Of a stretch of 64,000 nucleotides of DNA, positions 57,286 through 64,000 are shown in pieces. This stretch comes from Candidatus Saccharicenans subterraneus (GTDB lineage Bacteria > Acidobacteriota > Aminicenantia > Aminicenantales > Saccharicenantaceae). Position 1 is the first letter of the stretch. The number at the start of each line of letters is the position of its first letter. Location of the stretch: contig QUAH01000006.1 of assembly GCA_003426165.1 (NCBI GenBank), positions 134,685-198,684 of the forward strand, written 5' to 3'. The notes beneath the pieces were generated by a model that had not been told where the DNA came from, made no database searches, and saw only the letters and a program-made list of their open reading frames with translations. Both the position numbers and the translations under genes were made by a program.

Positions 57286-58101
57286 TTAATTTTTCTTCCT
57301 GGTAAACAGGATGGCTTCCTCGCCCTGTTCTTCTATCAATTTCTTTATTGCGGCTATTATAAGATCCTTCCTTTCGAGCAACGCTTCTATTTCCTGTTCG
57401 CTAAGGTAAGGCTTGAGTTTGTTGGTCAGCAGCCCGGGGTCCAGCCGGCTCAGGCTGTTAAACAATTCCCTGGAGCACCTGCGGATTGGACAGTCCGTAA
57501 GCAGCTCCGGAACCGGGGCGAAACTTTCAGAAAAATCAATTCGCCAGACCTGCCAGGTGTTCATGCTTATCAGGATGTCGTCCTGGTCCAGGCACTGGTC
57601 ATAAACCAGATTCTCGAAAACCACCACTTCGGCCAGGGCCTGCTGGAAAGCTTCTTCATCCGGCGGATTCAGTCCTTTCCTCTGCCGCTGGGCTTCGGTT
57701 ATTACCCCGGTCAGCATGACCTGCAGGGAACCGCTGCGGCCATCCAGCTTTCTGACCACCACAGGCGGCATGAGCTCCAGGTCGAGCAGCTTATTCAGCT
57801 CATAAGCAGCCAGCTCATAGAAATAGCTGTCCGGGATCATGGCCGGTCGGGGCCGGTGGACGTACTTAAAAATGGCCCGCCCTTTCATCCGTCCATCATC
57901 CAGGCTGACAACCCAGGGAGCAGTCCGGCCGCCGGCCTGTCCCTTGCTGACCCTGACCACCCTGGCCTTACTCAGGAAATTCTCCAACTGTTCCCGCTCC
58001 TTCTGATCACCAAATAAGTAATCTGAGGCAACCATAAAAAACCCCCAGACCATGGCCATCATTACCAGCCCTGTCTTAAATAAATTTTTATTATTTTCCA
58101 T
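57286..58101 (-). CDS. Exported or membrane-anchored kinase-like paralog 4 with degenerate catalytic loop (probable pseudokinase)
   Basis: N-terminal hydrophobic stretch; AIFK, ELAAYEL...MPPVVVR, GSLQ, RIDFSESF; NxDR..N replaced by DQCL..D; start placed at MENNKN. Confidence 0.68.
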   Translation of the reverse strand: MENNKNLFKTGLVMMAMVWGFFMVASDYLFGDQKEREQLENFLSKARVVRVSKGQAGGRTAPWVVSLDDGRMKGRAIFKYVHRPRPAMIPDSYFYELAAYELNKLLDLELMPPVVVRKLDGRSGSLQVMLTGVITEAQRQRKGLNPPDEEAFQQALAEVVVFENLVYDQCLDQDDILISMNTWQVWRIDFSESFAPVPELLTDCPIRRCSRELFNSLSRLDPGLLTNKLKPYLSEQEIEALLERKDLIIAAIKKLIEEQGEEAILFTRKKN

Positions 58102-59143
58102 GGTTAATCCCCCACAGGGAGAACTGGCCGTCATTTATGATCAGAGCCCTCATATGACCGCCGTAGGCCCGGGAGATTCCTGTATCAACGATCCAGATCT
58201 TCCCCCCGAATCTTCTCATATCATTGATGGTCAGGACCAGGCGAGGAGTATGGGCCACTATGATCTGCCTGGCCTCCAGGTTATTCAGGATACGGTCAAC
58301 CTGTTCCTCTGAAACGCTGCCATTGGCCAGGGCCAGCTCCCGGTACCAGAGAGGCCCGTTGCTCCTGTAGACAATTTCCAGTTTCATATCAGTCGGAGGC
58401 GACAGGTTCAGAATCGCTTTCTGAAAGACCGAGAGTTCATACCGGAGCCTGTTGTTTATGTCTTCAAGTTTCCACTTTGAGAATTCTTCGCTTATACCAC
58501 CGTGAACGAAGACGGTGTCATTAATCTTTATGACAGCATTCTTACGGGCAATCCATTTTCCGTATTTCTGGTTAAAATTGATCAGGTATTTTTGCCTGGC
58601 TTCCTGGTCAAAATCTATTACTTCCTGCCAGAGGCGTCTGATATCCCTCCCCCTCCTGGCCTTCTTTTCCAGCTCTTTCTGCTTCCTGGCCAGGTAATCC
58701 TCTGGAAGAAACGAGATAAACTGCTCAACGGTAACATAATCCTCATAATCGAAGGCGATCCCGGTGATGTTCATTTCTTCGTGATTGCCGATCAACATCT
58801 GCACCTGACCGCCGGCAGCTTCGGCCTCCGTTTCCAGCTTGCGAATTAAGTCAAAGATCTTGCGGGCATCGGGACCGCGGTCCAGGACATCTCCGGTCTG
58901 AACCAGAAAAGCCTGTCCACCCTTCCAGCTCAAGCTGGAATCAACCAGTCCTACCCCCTTCAGTATCTCGACAAAATGCTCGTAATCGCCGTGCAGGTCC
59001 CCGACCACCACGATCTTTTCCACCCCGCTCCAGCGGCAGGGAATTTGCTCGGCGGGAAGAACAGGCCGGGTCAGCCAGACCAGCCAAAGCAGTAAATAGA
59101 GAACCTTCTGGCCAGCCCTTTTTCTCTGGAAGATTTTATTCAT
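58091..59143 (-). CDS. Exported Shewanella-like PPP-family phosphatase (metallophosphoesterase)
   Basis: GDLHG, GDVLDRG, GNHE, HGG, GPLWYR, AHTP and the diagnostic VDTG motif; N-terminal signal-like segment. Confidence 0.85.
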   Translation of the reverse strand: MNKIFQRKRAGQKVLYLLLWLVWLTRPVLPAEQIPCRWSGVEKIVVVGDLHGDYEHFVEILKGVGLVDSSLSWKGGQAFLVQTGDVLDRGPDARKIFDLIRKLETEAEAAGGQVQMLIGNHEEMNITGIAFDYEDYVTVEQFISFLPEDYLARKQKELEKKARRGRDIRRLWQEVIDFDQEARQKYLINFNQKYGKWIARKNAVIKINDTVFVHGGISEEFSKWKLEDINNRLRYELSVFQKAILNLSPPTDMKLEIVYRSNGPLWYRELALANGSVSEEQVDRILNNLEARQIIVAHTPRLVLTINDMRRFGGKIWIVDTGISRAYGGHMRALIINDGQFSLWGINHGK

Positions 59144-59313
59144 GAAATCTCACCCGGGGTAACCATCATTGCCGCTTTCCCCTGTTCTTATCCTACTTTC
59201 TTCCTATACCTAAACGTCCTTAAAGTCAAATAAAATTCGTTGCTGCCGGGCAAAAAAATTATTTATTTTGCATAAAAAACATATTAGAATAAATTGTGGA
59301 AAGGGGAATTATC

Positions 59314-59607
59314 ATGATTGCCCGAGTAACTATTTTTCACGTCAAGCCAGAGAAGGTAGAAGAGGCCATCAAGCTTTACGAAACCAGCGTCATCCCGGAC
59401 GCCAAGAAGCAAAACGGCTTCGCCGGAGGATATCTCCTCACCGACCGGGCCAGTGGCCGGGGAATGTCCCTGACCTTCTGGCAAACCCAGGAAGACGTCA
59501 CGGCCAGCGAAGAGAACCTTCACTACCAGCAGCAGCTGCTCAAATTTCTGGAAATGTTTGCCTCTCCGCCCATCAAGGAACAATACGCCATCAGCCTTGA
59601 GTTTTAA
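59314..59607 (+). CDS. ABM (dimeric alpha-beta barrel) family protein
   Basis: 97 aa; V.PEK.EE...GF.G.YLL......SLTFW pattern. Confidence 0.7.
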   Translation: MIARVTIFHVKPEKVEEAIKLYETSVIPDAKKQNGFAGGYLLTDRASGRGMSLTFWQTQEDVTASEENLHYQQQLLKFLEMFASPPIKEQYAISLEF

Positions 59608-59685
59608 GGACGCGCATTCAGGGATTTTAGGTGATTGTGACAAGAATTAAAAGTGGTGGAAAACGCCATTGACAGGGAGTGAAAG

Positions 59686-60033
59686 GTGAAAATATCAACC
59701 AGAGAAATTAACGACATTCTGATCGTCGACATCGAGGGAGAAATCAGGAGGTCAGACATCACCGACATGACCCTCCATCAATGGATCAAGCAGCAACTGG
59801 AAAGGGGCAAAAGGAAAATCTTGCTCAACTTCGAAAAGGTAGAATTCATCGACAGCTTCGGCGTGGGCGAAATCCTGGCCAGTTACATCTCGGCCAACAA
59901 CCTCGGCGGTAAGCTGAAGCTGGTCAGGATTTCCAAGAAGCTCTACCTGATCTTCCAGGTAACCATGCTGACCAGGGTGCTGGAAATATATGACGACGAA
60001 CAGGTGGCCCTGGAGAGCTTTTTCAAAGAGTGA
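59686..60033 (+). CDS. STAS-domain anti-sigma factor antagonist (RsbV/SpoIIAA-like)
   Basis: ILLNFEKVEFIDSFGVG (phosphoacceptor Ser after D); about 115 aa. Confidence 0.88.
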   Translation: MKISTREINDILIVDIEGEIRRSDITDMTLHQWIKQQLERGKRKILLNFEKVEFIDSFGVGEILASYISANNLGGKLKLVRISKKLYLIFQVTMLTRVLEIYDDEQVALESFFKE

Positions 60034-60061
60034 GTCTCCCTCCTGTCGCGGGGAATAAGAA

Positions 60062-62539
60062 TTGACAGATGAACCCAGCCGGCTCCACGGGTTCCTTTCC
60101 CGCCTGGTGGAGATCAAGCCGGGAGAGGAAAGAATTACCCTTTTACTTTTCTTCTATTTTTTCCTGATCACTGCCGCCTACTCGATCATAAAATCCCTGA
60201 GGGTGGCCAGCTATCTGGACTCCCTGGGGGCTGATAAACTCCCCCTGGCCTATCTCCTGACCGCCGTGTCGATCGGCCTGGTGGTAGCCATTCATTCCAA
60301 ACTCCAGGCCAGCTTATCCAGGTTAAACCTTATAATTTTCAGCCTGGCCTTTTTCATCCTGACGGCGGTGTTATTCTGGCTGCTGTTCAGCCTCGGCTGG
60401 GCCTGGCTATCCCTGGCTTATTACATCTGGGCCAATATATTTCTGGCCGTGGTCATCACCCAGTTCTGGATAGTGGTCAACGATATTTTCAACCCCAGGG
60501 AAACCAAGCGCCTGGTGGGCCTTTTCGGAAGCGGCGGTATCCTGGGGGGCATCCTGGGAGGCGAAGCTACCGGACTCATGGCCAGGGCCAGTGTTGATAC
60601 CAGACTTCTTTTTCTGGCCTGCGGTTTTCTGCTTCTAACCATTGTTGTGGTCTACCTGATAGCTGACTGGCAAAAGAGATCGGGCCGGGGACCTTCTCAA
60701 GACTCCACAGAATCCACCCAACAGAACGGGAAGACCGAGCGGGTGGGATTCAGGGAGTGCCTGCGGACTGTTATCGGACAGCGTTACTTCCGGCTGCTGG
60801 CCGGCGGCATAGCCCTGAGCCTGATAGTCTCCACCTTTATCGACTGGCAGTTCAGCAAGGTGGTCGAAGGAACAGCCAGCCTTGGAGACAGACTGACCTC
60901 GTTCTTCGGGCATTTCAATGCCGGCCTGCTGGTGGTAGCCTTTTTCATTCAACTTTTCCTTACCAGCCGGTTTGTCCAGAAATTCGGGATCAGGTTTTCT
61001 TTCCTTATCTATCCTTCAGTCCTGATCATAGTTCTGACCGGGTTAACCGCGCTGCCAGCCAGCCTGCTGATGGCCCTGACTCTGAAGGCCTCTGATAAGA
61101 GTCTTTCCTATACCCTGAATCAATCCGTCAGGGAACTGCTCTACATCCCGGTTTCCCCCGAGGTCAAATACAAGGCCAAGATCTTCATTGACATGTTCCT
61201 CAACCGCTTTGCCAAGGGGCTGGGAGGGGTCCTGCTGATGGCCCTTCTCTACTTCAGCCTCAATCTTCGTTTTATCAGCCTGGTGACCATCCTGTTGATC
61301 CTGGGCTGGATGGCGGTCAATCTCCAGGTCACCAGGGAATACGCGGCCGTGGTCAGGAATAAATTAAAAAAGAAGTGGGACCGGGCCGAAAAGGCAGTGG
61401 CCGAGCAACTGGACCTGGACTACCTGAAACTGGCCTTTGACACCCTGGACACTCGCCGGCGAAGCCGGGAACTTCTGGCCATGGACATATTTGACCTCAT
61501 GAAGCAAGATAAACTCCGCCCTGAATTAAAAGAGCTGCTTACCTCAAACCTTTCTGAACCCGGGGTTTCCTCGCTCGGTACCCTGTTTGAAGAAGAAGCC
61601 CTGGCCCTGTCTGAATGGCCCGCGGGTGAGAACGAAGACCTCCTTAAAAAGGAAGTGGATGAAATTCTGTCCCTGGAAGCCTACCAGGAACTTATAAAGG
61701 AATATATCCGAAGAGTCGTGGCGGATAAGAAGCCCGGCACAGAAATTATGAGGATGGAAGCAGCCAAGCTCTTCAGCCTGATGCCAGCGAACTTCGTGCC
61801 GGCCGAGGAACTGGCCGAGTTACTCGGGGATGAATCGCCAGAGGTCAGCCGCCTGGCCATGGACAGCGCTGCCCGGTCCGGGCAGAAGGAACACCTAGAA
61901 ACCATCATCAGAAAACTGAAGGATCCGGTGACCAGAGAGGACGCCGTCTCGGCCCTTCTAACCTTCGGCTCCAAAATTACCGGCACTCTGTCGGATTACC
62001 TCGAAGTCGAGGAACTGGACCTTGAGGTCAAGAAGGCCATAATAAACGTTCTCTCGCGGATGGCCACCCAGGAAGCCGCCGACCTGCTGGCCCTCGAGCT
62101 TCAGAAAAATCAGCCGGAGCTTGATGGGGAACTGATTGAGGCCCTGGACAGGATTCATCATCTTAAACCCGAAATATCAATCCCGGCAGAAATCTCAAGG
62201 AAGAAATTAAAAGAGGAAATAGAGAGGCATTGTCAGCTATTGCTGGCAACGCTGGATAGCCAAGGGCCACTTGGGGAGGAAGCAGAAAAAGAGCTGGTCC
62301 GGTCCCAGTCGGATATTTTCAAATTACTCGGGTTTCTCTATCCCGGGGATGACATCAGCCGGGCCTGGCAGAATTTCCGGACCGGAACCAAAGACTCCAG
62401 AGCCTACGCCCTCGAACTCCTCGATAATATTCTGATTAAATCCGACCGGGAGATGGTTCTGCCGCTGCTGGAAGATCTGCCACCCTCGGACCGGTTAAAA
62501 AGAGTTCGAACCCTGCTTGATGAATTGGGAAAAACATAG
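60062..62539 (+). CDS. NTT/TLC-family transporter fused to C-terminal HEAT/ARM-like repeats
   Basis: IKPGE, YSIIKSLR, QFWIVVNDIF, YTLNQSVRELLYIP, KYKAKIFID; helical C-terminus with LLGDESPEV, RAYALELLDN. Confidence 0.82.
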   Translation: MTDEPSRLHGFLSRLVEIKPGEERITLLLFFYFFLITAAYSIIKSLRVASYLDSLGADKLPLAYLLTAVSIGLVVAIHSKLQASLSRLNLIIFSLAFFILTAVLFWLLFSLGWAWLSLAYYIWANIFLAVVITQFWIVVNDIFNPRETKRLVGLFGSGGILGGILGGEATGLMARASVDTRLLFLACGFLLLTIVVVYLIADWQKRSGRGPSQDSTESTQQNGKTERVGFRECLRTVIGQRYFRLLAGGIALSLIVSTFIDWQFSKVVEGTASLGDRLTSFFGHFNAGLLVVAFFIQLFLTSRFVQKFGIRFSFLIYPSVLIIVLTGLTALPASLLMALTLKASDKSLSYTLNQSVRELLYIPVSPEVKYKAKIFIDMFLNRFAKGLGGVLLMALLYFSLNLRFISLVTILLILGWMAVNLQVTREYAAVVRNKLKKKWDRAEKAVAEQLDLDYLKLAFDTLDTRRRSRELLAMDIFDLMKQDKLRPELKELLTSNLSEPGVSSLGTLFEEEALALSEWPAGENEDLLKKEVDEILSLEAYQELIKEYIRRVVADKKPGTEIMRMEAAKLFSLMPANFVPAEELAELLGDESPEVSRLAMDSAARSGQKEHLETIIRKLKDPVTREDAVSALLTFGSKITGTLSDYLEVEELDLEVKKAIINVLSRMATQEAADLLALELQKNQPELDGELIEALDRIHHLKPEISIPAEISRKKLKEEIERHCQLLLATLDSQGPLGEEAEKELVRSQSDIFKLLGFLYPGDDISRAWQNFRTGTKDSRAYALELLDNILIKSDREMVLPLLEDLPPSDRLKRVRTLLDELGKT

Positions 62540-62548
62540 GCGTTGACA

Positions 62549-64000
62549 ATGAGCCAGAACAGAACATATCGCCTGCTATCTCGGCTGGTGGATATCAGAC
62601 CGGAAGAAGTCACCCCTTCTTTGCTGATGTTCTTTTATTTTTTTCTTATTCAGGTTTCTGCTTACATCATTGAGCCCGTAAAGATTTCACTTTACCTGAG
62701 ATGGCTGACCGCCGACCGCCTCCCCTATGCCTACCTGCTGTCGGCCCTGTTGATCGGGCTGGCCGTAGCCTTCAATTCCGAGTTACTCCAGAGAATCAGG
62801 AGATCATATTACCTGGCCTTTAGTCTGCTGTTTTTCATTTCGACCCTGATTCTCTTCTGGTTTCTCTTTCGGATTCACTGGCCCTGGCTGTCGCTGATCT
62901 ACTGGTTCTGGTCCGACCTGTTCATGGTTACCACCACCACCCAGTTCTGGATCATGGTCAATGACCTTTACCATCCGCACCAGGCCAAGCGACTCATTGG
63001 CTTCCTGGTCAGTGGTGGCCTGCTGGGAGGCGTGAGCGGAGCCCTGCTGGCCTCGCGCCTGGCCAGGCACCTCGGCACGGAAAATCTTCTTCTGATCTGC
63101 CCGGTTCTTCTGCTGTTCTGCCTGGTCATCATCTATTTTTATGCCAGGCTGCCAGGCAAGGAAGAGAAACAGTCCACCGCCTCTGGCGCCAGGAGCTCTC
63201 CCCTGGCCACCTGGCGGGAAATCCGGTCCAGCCGTTACCTGTCCCTTCTGGCGGCCATCGTAGCCCTGGGCATGATCATAACCACCCTGGTGGACTTTCA
63301 GTTTGTTTCGGTAGTTGGTTCAAGATTTACCGAACAGGACGCCAGGACCTCTTTCCTGGGCAGTTTTCTGACAGTCCTTCTGGTTTTTTCCTATCTTCTT
63401 CACGTGACCATGACGACCAGGATTTTAAGGCAGTCCGGCCTCCGGCTGGCCCTGCTCATCGCTCCCGCTTTCCTGCTACTAAGCTCGCTGGCCATCTTCT
63501 TTGTTCCGGCCACCTATTTGATTTACTGGGCGGTCCTTATCAAAGGAACCGACAAGAGTCTAAGCTATTCACTCAACCAATCGGTCCGGGAATTACTTTA
63601 CGTCCCGGTCTCGCCGGAAATTAAGTACCGGGCCAAAGTTTTCATCGACATGTTTGTTTCCAAGTTTGCCAAGGGCTTTAGCTCCATCATTCTTCTGGTC
63701 GGTTTCACTCTTCTGCATTTCAACCTCAAGCAGATAAGCCTGGTTACCGTTGCCTTCATCATTCTCTGGTTTATGTTCAACCTGGAAATTGCCCGTGAAT
63801 ACGTTAATACCGTCAAGAAAAACTTAAAAATAAAATGGCAGGATGCCCACCTGGTTATCAATGAGAAGATCGACCTAGACCTGACCAAGCTGGTCTTTGA
63901 TACCCTGGAGAGCAAGAAGCGAAGCTCCGTTCTCTATGCCATGAACCTGATGAACCTGCTGAAGACCGAGAAATTGAGCCCTGAACTGAAAGAGATAATA
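62549..64000 (+). CDS. Second NTT/TLC-family transporter paralog, truncated at window end (not in ORF track)
   Basis: Hand-translated start MSQNRTYRLLSRLVDIRPEE..., QFWIMVNDL, YSLNQSVRELLYVP, KYRAKVFIDMF; frame open to 64000 and colinear with the upstream paralog. Confidence 0.82.
   Translation, partial: MSQNRTYRLLSRLVDIRPEEVTPSLLMFFYFFLIQVSAYIIEPVKISLYLRWLTADRLPYAYLLSALLIGLAVAFNSELLQRIRRSYYLAFSLLFFISTLILFWFLFRIHWPWLSLIYWFWSDLFMVTTTTQFWIMVNDLYHPHQAKRLIGFLVSGGLLGGVSGALLASRLARHLGTENLLLICPVLLLFCLVIIYFYARLPGKEEKQSTASGARSSPLATWREIRSSRYLSLLAAIVALGMIITTLVDFQFVSVVGSRFTEQDARTSFLGSFLTVLLVFSYLLHVTMTTRILRQSGLRLALLIAPAFLLLSSLAIFFVPATYLIYWAVLIKGTDKSLSYSLNQSVRELLYVPVSPEIKYRAKVFIDMFVSKFAKGFSSIILLVGFTLLHFNLKQISLVTVAFIILWFMFNLEIAREYVNTVKKNLKIKWQDAHLVINEKIDLDLTKLVFDTLESKKRSSVLYAMNLMNLLKTEKLSPELKEII

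Noticed and set aside
55871-64000. NTT genes as evidence of an intracellular energy parasite
   Set aside because: De novo purine genes and a rich accessory repertoire in the same window argue against a reduced parasite genome

Overview
Bacterial chromosome window, probably from an Acidobacteriota-related lineage such as Aminicenantia (inferred from the Cys-rich RpoB insert; not verified). 1-10 kb: an S9 peptidase fused to an FGE-sulfatase domain, a CCA-adding enzyme, galE and a peptidoglycan-turnover group. 10-43 kb (minus strand): an intact translation/transcription supercluster (4 tRNAs-tuf-rpmG-tRNA-Trp-secE-nusG-rplKAJL-rpoBC, then str, S10, spc and alpha operons). 43-52 kb: an ECF sigma/anti-sigma/Spy-like triad, purB-S-Q-L-N and tyrS. 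52-64 kb is the most interesting part. It holds three tandem signal-peptide-bearing atypical kinases (Fam20C/PI4K-II-like motifs), a fourth paralog whose catalytic Asp is replaced by Cys, an exported Shewanella-like phosphatase, an exported beta-propeller lipoprotein and three NTT/TLC-family ATP/ADP translocases (one fused to HEAT-like repeats, one truncated paralog probably also fused). RsbW-like and STAS genes bracket the core. My hypothesis is an extracytoplasmic reversible phosphorylation system fed by its own ATP exporter. All calls come from reading motifs by eye; no database searches were run.
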